DNA of 43,136 nucleotides from a virus (lineage: Duplodnaviria > Caudoviricetes): positions 1 through 43,136 of the IMG/VR virus record IMGVR_UViG_3300037092_000017. One strand, written 5' to 3'. Under the pieces are notes generated by a model, which saw only the letters and a program-made list of their open reading frames with translations, ran no database searches and was not told the DNA's origin. A program made the position numbers and the translations under genes. This document shows, piece after piece, positions 36,169 through 43,136 of the stretch (the stretch's first letter is position 1; each line of letters starts with the position of its first letter).

Positions 36169-36951
36169 TCACAATCCGCACATGGGAGCGGTCTGCCACG
36201 CGCTGAAACCGTTGCCTGTGTATTTGAGGTCCCACGCGTAGAGCTTGAGGGCAAACTCATCTTGCACCGCCGGTGGGGCCGCGTTCGGAACCCCGCTGAA
36301 GCCCAGGGCTTGCCACGTAGAAACTGCTGCTTGGTATGCGCCCCCGAACGGCTCGTCCCCACCGATGGAGTAATCCCCACCTGATTCCCTGGCGCGGATG
36401 CACGCCCAGTCGGCCGTGTCCGTGCTGGTCGCGTCGGAAACTGGGGCCGGTGTAGACGTCGTCGTCGTCGAGGTCTGGGTGGTAGACGGGGTCACCGTCG
36501 GCATCGTTGTAGTTGATGAAGTCGTCGCCGAGGCAGTCGTTGACGAAGAAGGCGGCGCGTGTGTCAGCGTCGTCATTGGCGATCTGGATGGTGTCGCGAC
36601 TGGGGTGATCGCGGCGGTACCGCTCGGCGGCCTTGTACGGGTCACAGGCGTGTGTGAAGTTCCACGAGGACTGGTCGTCACTGCCGACCGATTCAAGCTT
36701 CCCGACGGCACCACAGTGGGGACAGTGGTCATCCGGCGCAGTAAGGGCGACTCGGCGCTCTTTGCCGCTTCGACCCTCGTGCCTGACAATGATGGACGGA
36801 CGGTAGCCCGGGACGCTATATCCGCCGCGGTCGTCCTTCCGTCGGTCCTCCCCGCTCCGGGTATTGACGCCAAGCCAGCGGCCAGGAGACCAGCCAGCAA
36901 CAAGGCCAGTGAACACCGAGCTGGCCAGAGCGGACCTCGCCGCGCGGTCAC
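36169..36951 (-). CDS. Secreted resuscitation-promoting factor (Rpf)-like transglycosylase
   Basis: Signal-peptide-like N-terminus, Thr/Ser/Pro linker, then DWACIRARESGGDY...GAYQ...TW...P..A.PAVQD...AW...CG. Confidence 0.88.
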   Translation of the reverse strand: MTARRGPLWPARCSLALLLAGLLAAGLASIPGAGRTDGRTTAADIASRATVRPSLSGTRVEAAKSAESPLLRRMTTVPTVVPSGSLNRSAVTTSPRGTSHTPVTRTRPPSGTAAITPVATPSRSPMTTLTHAPPSSSTTASATTSSTTTMPTVTPSTTQTSTTTTSTPAPVSDATSTDTADWACIRARESGGDYSIGGDEPFGGAYQAAVSTWQALGFSGVPNAAPPAVQDEFALKLYAWDLKYTGNGFSAWQTAPMCGL

Positions 36952-36955
36952 TCAT
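36257..36955 (-). CDS. Possible overprinted gene in an alternative frame of rpf
   Basis: Stop-free same-strand frame with an ATG at 36955 after GGGAG; contains CPHCG and a globular-looking acidic segment. Confidence 0.35.
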   Translation of the reverse strand: MSDRAARSALASSVFTGLVAGWSPGRWLGVNTRSGEDRRKDDRGGYSVPGYRPSIIVRHEGRSGKERRVALTAPDDHCPHCGAVGKLESVGSDDQSSWNFTHACDPYKAAERYRRDHPSRDTIQIANDDADTRAAFFVNDCLGDDFINYNDADGDPVYHPDLDDDDVYTGPSFRRDQHGHGRLGVHPRQGIRWGLLHRWGRAVRGRIPSSSFYVASPGLQRGSERGPTGGAR

Positions 36956-37274
36956 CTGCTCCCGCCTTCCGTCCTCGGTGGTAGTCGAAAGCGTGGCTGC
37001 TCCAGTTCGGTGCGTTGGTTTTGGTTGCAATGGTCATGTCACGCTCCTTCTGTCTCAGGGTTTCTTTGGCCGCCGCTACCAATGCAGCGTCCCTTCGCTT
37101 TTGTGCTCTCCGATAATCGACCTCCGCCACCCCGAATACCACGCCAAGCCCGGCGCCAATGCCGCACACGATCCAGAGCACGAACCACCCATCCGCGATA
37201 CAAAGGAAGGTGGCGCAGATGGCGAACACGATTGCGCCTGTGACAGTGCGGACTACGCGAGCCGGGGGCGTCAT
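36948..37274 (-). CDS. Membrane protein
   Basis: Two TM segments; coupled start and stop. Confidence 0.65.
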   Translation of the reverse strand: MTPPARVVRTVTGAIVFAICATFLCIADGWFVLWIVCGIGAGLGVVFGVAEVDYRRAQKRRDAALVAAAKETLRQKERDMTIATKTNAPNWSSHAFDYHRGRKAGADE

Positions 37275-37477
37275 GGCGTTACCTCGGGCTCAGCAACGGC
37301 GAACATTTCTCGCTGCACGTCCTGGAACTCCGCGATCACCCGCTGCCATCGTTCGACATCCGCGTCGGGGACCTCGTTCAGTTCGTCGTCCACCGAGTGA
37401 TCGTCGCCTAGCTCGGCCTGCGTCTCCAGGGTGCAATACGGGTACAACTCGTCCCAGGGCATGAGGTAAACCTTCAT
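37271..37477 (-). CDS. Hypothetical protein
   Basis: MKVYLMPWDELYPY; ATGA coupling. Confidence 0.65.
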   Translation of the reverse strand: MKVYLMPWDELYPYCTLETQAELGDDHSVDDELNEVPDADVERWQRVIAEFQDVQREMFAVAEPEVTP

Positions 37478-37656
37478 GGCCGCACCAGCCGGCACAGCGC
37501 ACAGCTCAGGTTGCTGAACTTCACACTGCCGCACATGGGGCAAATCGGGTGGTCGTGGGGCAGGCACTCGTTACAGGAGAGGAACCGGCACGGCTCATTG
37601 GAATGGGCGAGGCGGACCTTAATGGGAATGGTGGTCTCGGCGTCGGTGAGGGTCAT
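37474..37656 (-). CDS. Small Cys-rich protein
   Basis: CxxC pairs (CNEC, CPMC, CALC); ATGA coupling. Confidence 0.55.
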   Translation of the reverse strand: MTLTDAETTIPIKVRLAHSNEPCRFLSCNECLPHDHPICPMCGSVKFSNLSCALCRLVRP

Positions 37657-38435
37657 GGCTTCTCCAGTAGTTCGATGAGCCGCCGACCCTGCCATGCCTT
37701 CTCGGCGTCCCATGCGGCGTCCCGTGCGGCGTCCCATGCGGCGTCCCGTGCGGCGTCCCATGCGGCGTAGGCGGCGTTGGCAGCGTCGTGGGCGGCGTGG
37801 GTGGCGTAGGCGGCGGCGTGGGTGTGGGCGTTGTAGGCGGCGTAGGCGGCGTAGGTGGCGGCGTTGGCAGCGTAGGCGGCGGCGTAGGCGGCGTCGTAGG
37901 CGACGTCGTAGGCGGCGTCGAAGGCGTTGTAGGCGGCGGCGTTGTAGGCGGCGGCGTTGTAGGCGGCGTTGGCAGCGTAGGCGGCGTCGTGGGCGTTGTA
38001 GGCGGCGTAGGTGGATGCGTTTCTGTTCGCATCGGTCGGATTGGCTACCCAAGCCCGCGCGGCTTCTATCGCCTTGCGGGGCCGGTCATCCTCCGGGTAC
38101 TTGGTCTCGAAGACGGGGAGCACATGCTCGGCACAGTCCGCGGCCCAGAACACGAGAACAGGAGTCGTCAGGTCCCCCACCTTGCGCAGGAGCCGGGCCT
38201 GTGCGAAGCAGAACTTTCGCCCGTCGTCGCTCTGAGGCTCCCCGCGCCCTTCGGCCTCGTAGAGCGCGCCGATCTTTACCCACTCGGGGATGCCCTCCAG
38301 CGTGACGAGGTGCCAACCCGATTTGCAGACCTCCACGGGGCGCTCGGGGGTCCATGAGCGCACGCGGGGCCAGGGCGTCTTGTCGCTGCTCACGAGGGGG
38401 ACGCGGCCAGGTCCCAGGAGCTTGTAGTAGGTCAT
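37653..38435 (-). CDS. Imm5-like domain protein with Ala-rich repeat
   Basis: WAADCAEHVLPVFE...DDRPRKAIEAARAW followed by (AAY/AAYN/AAWD/AARD)n. Confidence 0.75.
   Translation of the reverse strand: MTYYKLLGPGRVPLVSSDKTPWPRVRSWTPERPVEVCKSGWHLVTLEGIPEWVKIGALYEAEGRGEPQSDDGRKFCFAQARLLRKVGDLTTPVLVFWAADCAEHVLPVFETKYPEDDRPRKAIEAARAWVANPTDANRNASTYAAYNAHDAAYAANAAYNAAAYNAAAYNAFDAAYDVAYDAAYAAAYAANAATYAAYAAYNAHTHAAAYATHAAHDAANAAYAAWDAARDAAWDAARDAAWDAEKAWQGRRLIELLEKP
37700..38015. repeat. Low-complexity GCC/NAC codon array
   Basis: Plus strand ggcggcgtag / ggcgttgtag units and 12-bp tgcggcgtccc(a/g) units. Confidence 0.85.
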
Positions 38436-39571
38436 GCCGACACCTCCCGTTTCCTCATCACACTGATGACCTCCTCGAGTTCGGAAAGGGTGAGGTCGGA
38501 CATCGAGCCGACGTCGGCACCGAGGATGCGTGCTGCCTCCCCGCGCAGCTGCTCATGGTCGAGGTTGAGGCCGTTCGCGATGGCATGAAGCAGGCGCATC
38601 TTTGATGCGATGGCCTTCTCATTTGCAGTGGTGGACGGCGCGGGCGTGCTGACATCACCCGCGCCGTCCCTGTCCCCTGCATGAGGTTCGCCTTGGTCGA
38701 CTACCTCCTTCCTGTTCGCACCGTTGCGAGCTTGTGCTGCCGTGCGTGCCCTCCGACCCGTGGCCGGTAGTGGTTGTGCTGCATTCGCCCTCGGGCGTGC
38801 CTGCGATGGCTGGGCAGCCTGCTCCATCTGCTCACGGAGCGAGGCTGGTGGTAGGGCCGGCACGGGTGTGACATAGGCGGCCGGTGCTGGCGGGAGTGCT
38901 GCGGTCGCAGCACCACGACCGAGCGCTTGCAGGTTGATCTTGAAGTCGAGCACGGGCACCGTGAAGTTCCTGGTTGGCTCGCCGGGTCGCCTGACCTCGC
39001 GGTGGTCGATGCGGAGCGTCGCAGGCAGGATGGCCTGGCCGGTGGCCTCAGCGATCCGCTCCATGAGCTCGAACGACCCGCTCAGTTCGGTTGCCGCGTA
39101 GTAGCCGTGGGACTCAAGCCGGAACTGGCCGGTGCCGGGCACGTCATCAAGCAGGACAGACAAGCGCGTCGTCGGCTTGCACTCGCGCGCCTCGGGATCA
39201 CACACGCACGGTTCCTCGCTCGGGATCTGGTTCTCGCCGTCGCAGCGTCGGACACAGCCGCCGCCCGACCATGATTCGTAATACTGGCTGCAAGCCATCG
39301 CAGCGGGCAGGACGTGACAACGGATCTCAGATGAGTCGGTAAACACCTCCCATTGCTTGCCAGCCGGGGCATCTGCCCACAGCTGAGGCTTCCCGCCGTA
39401 CAGGCCCGCTATGGCCTTGATCGCACCTTCGTTCTGGCTGGTGAAGCGGAAGGCGTCGAGCTTGCCGGGCCGGGTGATGTCCTTGCCGTTCTTGTCCTTC
39501 ATCGCCACCTTCTCACCAAGGCGGATACGGCCCGCCTCATGGAGTCGGCGTTGCAGGGTGATGATGGTCAC
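38432..39571 (-). CDS. Recombination protein (Gp3/recombination directionality factor-like family)
   Basis: ITLQRRLHEAGRIRLG...FRFTS...RRCDG...CKPTTRL...RLESHGYYAA; adjacent to the nuclease. Confidence 0.75.
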   Translation of the reverse strand: MTIITLQRRLHEAGRIRLGEKVAMKDKNGKDITRPGKLDAFRFTSQNEGAIKAIAGLYGGKPQLWADAPAGKQWEVFTDSSEIRCHVLPAAMACSQYYESWSGGGCVRRCDGENQIPSEEPCVCDPEARECKPTTRLSVLLDDVPGTGQFRLESHGYYAATELSGSFELMERIAEATGQAILPATLRIDHREVRRPGEPTRNFTVPVLDFKINLQALGRGAATAALPPAPAAYVTPVPALPPASLREQMEQAAQPSQARPRANAAQPLPATGRRARTAAQARNGANRKEVVDQGEPHAGDRDGAGDVSTPAPSTTANEKAIASKMRLLHAIANGLNLDHEQLRGEAARILGADVGSMSDLTLSELEEVISVMRKREVSA

Positions 39572-40425
39572 TGCGGTCCCCTTTCCATCGGTGCCCCGAC
39601 GACGTGCTTGGACGCGTCAGTCATCCACCGTGCGATCTCTATGGTGAACTGGAAGTACTCGAACACCGCCTCGTCACAAACGACCGGGTGAAGGGTCGCG
39701 TGCTCGGGCGTCAGGTGGAGAACGACCCCACCGTCGAGAGCAGGCATCGGCTCGGCAACGCCACGCTCGGCGTCATTGAGAAGGTAGTAACGGCGGCGGA
39801 ACTGCTCATATCTGCGCGCCCGCCATGTGGCGATCAGGTCGGCGTAGCGGTAGGCACTAAGTTGCAGCGCCACCTCGGGGTACGGCCCGCTCTGCTTGCC
39901 CTGGCTGTCGATGCTCTTGCGGGTGGACTTGTAGTCGAGGAGCAGCTTCATGCCGTCGATTTCCACGATGGCGTCAAGCGTCCCCGCGTAGCCGTACGTC
40001 GGTGAGTACACAGCGGCCTCGGCTGCGGTGTAGTGAGGCTGCCAGAGTTGAGCCCACTTGTCGAACTGCTCAAGGAACGGCCGCACCTCGTCGTCGACCT
40101 CGGGACGGATGCCCGTGAGGGCATAGTCCTCGCACGCGTCGTGAACGGCCGTCCCTAGCTCACTTGCGCTCCGCTGTCCCTTTGGCTTGCGGAAGCGAGC
40201 GTCGCGCAGGTCCTTCACGACGGCCTCGCGGCCTTCGGCTTGTATGCGGTCGGCAAGGTAACCGGCCTGATCACACGCTGCCTCGGCCGCCTGTTCGGCA
40301 GCCCAGTACAGAAGGGCGGGTTTATCGAGCTGGCCGATGATCGTTGTAACAGACCAGAACCTTTCATCGTTCTGCTCAGGTTTGGGAACGTCGACCTCAC
40401 CGAGGCGCACGTCTGTCAGGGTCAT
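39568..40425 (-). CDS. PD-(D/E)XK exonuclease (RecB/Cas4-like)
   Basis: SVTTII..LDKPAL..W, GTAVH, YAGTLD...LLDYKS, LQLSAY. Confidence 0.88.
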   Translation of the reverse strand: MTLTDVRLGEVDVPKPEQNDERFWSVTTIIGQLDKPALLYWAAEQAAEAACDQAGYLADRIQAEGREAVVKDLRDARFRKPKGQRSASELGTAVHDACEDYALTGIRPEVDDEVRPFLEQFDKWAQLWQPHYTAAEAAVYSPTYGYAGTLDAIVEIDGMKLLLDYKSTRKSIDSQGKQSGPYPEVALQLSAYRYADLIATWRARRYEQFRRRYYLLNDAERGVAEPMPALDGGVVLHLTPEHATLHPVVCDEAVFEYFQFTIEIARWMTDASKHVVGAPMERGPQ

Positions 40426-40706
40426 ACCACCACCTCCGTGGGTTCCGGCGGCTCCTCGCGCTTGGCCGTCATCGTCGCCCCGAGGCGCTCGAGCGCCGTG
40501 TTAACCTGCCGCGGGCGTTCCTCCACTGTCAGTCCTCCGGGACTGTTGTACCGCTCCTGCAACTCTTCCCAGGTATCCGGGAAGGCGTGACGTAGTTTGG
40601 CGGTGTTCTGAGTGTCTGCCTTGAGCATCGCCGCCATGATGAGCCCGTAAAACGGCTTGTCATGTGCGTGCAGCTCAAGGGCCACCCTGTAGCCGTGCAG
40701 GCTCAT
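40422..40706 (-). CDS. Hypothetical phage protein
   Basis: FYGLIMAAMLKADTQN...RYNSPGG. Confidence 0.7.
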   Translation of the reverse strand: MSLHGYRVALELHAHDKPFYGLIMAAMLKADTQNTAKLRHAFPDTWEELQERYNSPGGLTVEERPRQVNTALERLGATMTAKREEPPEPTEVVV

Positions 40707-40948
40707 CTCACGCCACCCATCGACTCGAACACGAAGCCCATCGCTACCTTGTGCGCGGCCTCAGCTAGCGAGCGCACCACCGCGGCGATCTGCTCGCGGG
40801 TGCCGACGACGTAAAACGTGCCGCCGCTGACCTCACCGATGACGACCTTCAGCCACGTCGAGCTGGTGTACTCGTAGGTCTTGACGACGACCTCGGGCGT
40901 CCTATCGTCCTTGTCGAGCGAAAGGGTTGTCGACCCGTAGCATATCAT
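40703..40948 (-). CDS. Hypothetical protein
   Basis: SD AGGAGG; ATGA coupling. Confidence 0.6.
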   Translation of the reverse strand: MICYGSTTLSLDKDDRTPEVVVKTYEYTSSTWLKVVIGEVSGGTFYVVGTREQIAAVVRSLAEAAHKVAMGFVFESMGGVR

Positions 40949-41244
40949 GACTTCCTCCTGTCGGGCCTCTTGCGAGGCCATTGGATCGATGGCACCTGGC
41001 GCCGCTCGACCCCGCTCCGCTTCTCGATCCACTCTTGTTGAGCGGCGGCGGTGACGCGGTAGGCGGCGAGGCGCTCCTCGGACGCGGCCAGTTCCGCTTC
41101 GGCGCGGAAGTGGGCGAGCTTTACGACGGCGAGCTCTAGCTTCAGCTCGGCGTTCTCTAGGGTGAGAGCGGAGACGGTGCGCTTTAGGTCCGCCGGGTGG
41201 TCACGACGGGTGTCGTTGGCGTAGTCGACGTGGGTGATGGTCAT
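40945..41244 (-). CDS. Coiled-coil hypothetical protein
   Basis: ATG overlaps the methyltransferase stop. Confidence 0.6.
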   Translation of the reverse strand: MTITHVDYANDTRRDHPADLKRTVSALTLENAELKLELAVVKLAHFRAEAELAASEERLAAYRVTAAAQQEWIEKRSGVERRQVPSIQWPRKRPDRRKS

Positions 41245-42332
41245 CTCAATCGCTCCCAAAGGATCCGCAAGGCAACTTCGGCTTGCTGGGGGACGACACC
41301 GTTGCCAAGCAACCGCAGTTGATCGTCCCGAGAGGCGTAGGCAGCGCCCAGCCAATCGGCAGCCCCATCAGCCACTCGACAAAGCGAGGGTTCAAGACCC
41401 GGCTCGCATTCGAGGATGGCGTTCCAGAGGTCCCGTTCGTCTGGTCCTGGTGGGAATGGAGGAACTCGGGGAGCGACATGCCCCCGGTCCGACCTGGGGC
41501 ATCCCGTCCTTTGCCGCCCCGCGATGTCGCCGTCGGCCACCTGGCGACAGCGTTTTCCAAGTTCTGCGGTTGGTCCAGCGGACGCTCCCATGCTTGGTTG
41601 TTCCGTGGAATCCCGTTCTCTGCCCGCGGCGTCGGCCACATCTTCGCCACCACCGTCAGCGAGGTCGGCTTCGTCCGCGGTCCACCCTTCATGCGGGCTT
41701 TCATCGCCAAGTGCGCCTCGGGCGATTTCTGATCGTCGTGTGCTACTGGCGTGGGCCAAAGATTTACCTGGTTTGCCAGTGCGATCCCATGATCCACGTC
41801 CCGCGGCGTAAAGGTCCGGGCGTGCGCTTCGGGCGTGGCCCAGGATGAAAACTCGCTCCCGTTGCTGGGAAGCACCGACCTCTCCCGCAGATAGCACCGT
41901 CCACTCCGCATCGAACCCGAGGTCGGCCAGGTCAGCGAGGACGAGTCCCAGTCCTCCCCCAGAAACGAGGGCGCGGACGTTCTCCAGGAACACGAATCGC
42001 GGTTGAACTCTGCGAAGAAGTGAAGCGATGGCCGGCCAGATCCACCGTTCGTCATCGGTCCCCTTCCGCTTCCCTGCAGCGGACCAGGGCTGACATGGGA
42101 ATCCTGCGGTGACGAGGTCCACTCCGCGAAACGGGGCGGTGTCCAGGTCTTCGAGGTTGCCGCACCAAACAGGAGCCGGTGCCAGGGTCGCGTCTTCCAT
42201 CCTTGCCAGGAGGACGGACACCGCGTAGCCGTCCCGCTCAACGTAACCCACCACTCGACATCCAAGGACGACATCGACGGCGAGCTCAAGTCCTCCGTAG
42301 CCGGAGCACAGAGAGAGACAGGTAAGAGCCAC
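41241..42332 (-). CDS. DNA cytosine-5 methyltransferase, catalytic (alpha-like) chain
   Basis: SLCSGYGG (motif I), GFPCQPWS (IV), LENV (VI), QQRERVFI (VIII), LGNGVV (X); motif IX not seen. Confidence 0.92.
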   Translation of the reverse strand: MALTCLSLCSGYGGLELAVDVVLGCRVVGYVERDGYAVSVLLARMEDATLAPAPVWCGNLEDLDTAPFRGVDLVTAGFPCQPWSAAGKRKGTDDERWIWPAIASLLRRVQPRFVFLENVRALVSGGGLGLVLADLADLGFDAEWTVLSAGEVGASQQRERVFILGHARSARPDLYAAGRGSWDRTGKPGKSLAHASSTRRSEIARGALGDESPHEGWTADEADLADGGGEDVADAAGRERDSTEQPSMGASAGPTAELGKRCRQVADGDIAGRQRTGCPRSDRGHVAPRVPPFPPGPDERDLWNAILECEPGLEPSLCRVADGAADWLGAAYASRDDQLRLLGNGVVPQQAEVALRILWERLR

Positions 42333-42337
42333 GTCAC
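41246..42337 (-). CDS. Alternative-frame methyltransferase partner (beta-like; WPTP repeats plus motif IX)
   Basis: 363 stop-free codons; W(P/A)TP repeats; LNPRFVEWLMGLPIGW; GTG overlaps the upstream stop. Confidence 0.7.
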   Translation of the reverse strand: MTWLLPVSLCAPATEDLSSPSMSSLDVEWWVTLSGTATRCPSSWQGWKTRPWHRLLFGAATSKTWTPPRFAEWTSSPQDSHVSPGPLQGSGRGPMTNGGSGRPSLHFFAEFNRDSCSWRTSAPSFLGEDWDSSSLTWPTSGSMRSGRCYLRERSVLPSNGSEFSSWATPEAHARTFTPRDVDHGIALANQVNLWPTPVAHDDQKSPEAHLAMKARMKGGPRTKPTSLTVVAKMWPTPRAENGIPRNNQAWERPLDQPQNLENAVARWPTATSRGGKGRDAPGRTGGMSLPEFLHSHQDQTNGTSGTPSSNASRVLNPRFVEWLMGLPIGWALPTPLGTINCGCLATVSSPSKPKLPCGSFGSD

Positions 42338-42438
42338 GAGATCCCCACGATCCCGAGCACGACGATCACGAAGGCGGCGAGCACCATGAGTGCGACCACG
42401 TAGAGGAGGATGGCGAAAGCGAGAGTGAGTGCGTTCAT
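42334..42438 (-). CDS. Single-TM peptide
   Basis: MNALTLAFAILLYVVALMVLAAFVIVVLGIVGIS; coupled at both ends. Confidence 0.6.
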   Translation of the reverse strand: MNALTLAFAILLYVVALMVLAAFVIVVLGIVGIS

Positions 42439-43124
42439 GGCTCCATCACCGACTTCCACGGTCCGTAAAGGAGGTCGAACTGCTCGGGGGTGATGACGTC
42501 GCGGGTCAGCAGAGCTAGTGCGGCGTTTCGTGCGGCGTCGTAGGCGGCGGAGGCCCGTGCGGCTGCGGCATAGGCGGCTTCGAGAGTGGCGGCGAGGGCG
42601 GCCCGTGCGGCTGCGGCTTGGGCGGCGTGGGCGGCCCGTGCGGCTGCGGCTTGGGCGGCGTGGGCGGCGGCGTCCCCGGCTGCGTCCCTGGCTGCGGACC
42701 AGGCTGCGTACCTGGCTGCGTCCCTGGCTGCATCCCTGGCTGCGGATAGTTGTTTGGCCTCGCCCTTGGTCAATGTTCTGCAACGCTTGATCAGGGCTGC
42801 CACAGCCTCGCCATTCGGCCCGAGCGCCTGCCACGCCGGCAGCTCGCGCACAACCTTGACGGCGGTGCAGCCGTACTTGTGCTCCTCTGACCCGATCATG
42901 TCATCTCGCGGCTCGACCTCGAAGAGACGGCAGGGCCACCATCCGCCCACGAGCGTCTCGCCTGGGGCATCGGAGATGTGCAGCACCCCGGCCGAGCAGA
43001 TGCCGAGGGAAAGATCAGGAGCAGGGTGCCGCACGATATGGCCGACCTGCCATTTGGTCGTGCCATCGTAGAAGCTCGTCCCGTCGGGCCGGGTCGCCTT
43101 GTAGAACGTCAACGTGGCCATCAC
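42435..43124 (-). CDS. Hypothetical protein with Ala-rich (AARD/AAQA) repeats
   Basis: FYKATRPDG...CSAGVLH...RLFEVE...VVREL N-terminal domain plus repeat tract. Confidence 0.75.
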   Translation of the reverse strand: MMATLTFYKATRPDGTSFYDGTTKWQVGHIVRHPAPDLSLGICSAGVLHISDAPGETLVGGWWPCRLFEVEPRDDMIGSEEHKYGCTAVKVVRELPAWQALGPNGEAVAALIKRCRTLTKGEAKQLSAARDAARDAARYAAWSAARDAAGDAAAHAAQAAAARAAHAAQAAAARAALAATLEAAYAAAARASAAYDAARNAALALLTRDVITPEQFDLLYGPWKSVMEP

Positions 43125-43136
43125 GATCCCATCACC

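Noticed and set aside
37474-38357. Poly-Arg, Pro/Thr and Gly/Val ORFs
   Set aside because: Alternative frames of the GCC/NAC repeat array.
39568-40425. Cas4 as part of a CRISPR system
   Set aside because: A solitary phage nuclease beside a recombination gene; no other cas genes and no Fe-S Cys cluster.
37700-42750. Diversity-generating retroelement suggested by the two Ala-rich tracts
   Set aside because: No reverse transcriptase in the window, and the tracts are not a template/variable pair differing only at adenines.
1-43136. Genome-wide stop-codon reassignment
   Set aside because: TGA, TAG and TAA all end genes at sensible, often coupled, positions; only two local anomalies (711 and 26063) were found.

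Overview
This window is most of the genome of a high-GC tailed (siphovirus-type, HK97-fold) phage or prophage. WhiB and Rpf genes point to an actinobacterial host (inference). Almost all genes are on the minus strand, so the order below runs from high to low coordinates. Early and replication region (~31.0-43.1 kb): Ala-rich proteins, a C5 cytosine methyltransferase with a co-extensive second reading frame, a PD-(D/E)XK nuclease, a recombination protein, a secreted Rpf, WhiB, a replication initiator and an adenine methyltransferase. Packaging and head: a sigma70-type promoter, HNH, small and large terminase, an antisense GIY-YIG homing endonuclease, a portal gene broken by a short stop-rich insert, protease and capsid. 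A tRNA(CAU) plus glycosyltransferase/epimerase cassette follows the capsid. Neck and tail genes include a beta-helix protein, a frameshifted chaperone, tape measure and a GH26 hydrolase. Then come lysis genes and a second small accessory/structural block. No integrase, repressor, reverse transcriptase or CRISPR array was seen. Top leads: (1) a two-subunit methyltransferase encoded in two overlapping 363-codon frames; (2) a three-frame stop insert in the portal gene next to a homing endonuclease; (3) a possible virion-glycosylation cassette carrying a tRNA and a candidate structured RNA; (4) a stand-alone Rpf with a probable overprinted gene. All product calls come from recognising motifs by eye; no searches were run.
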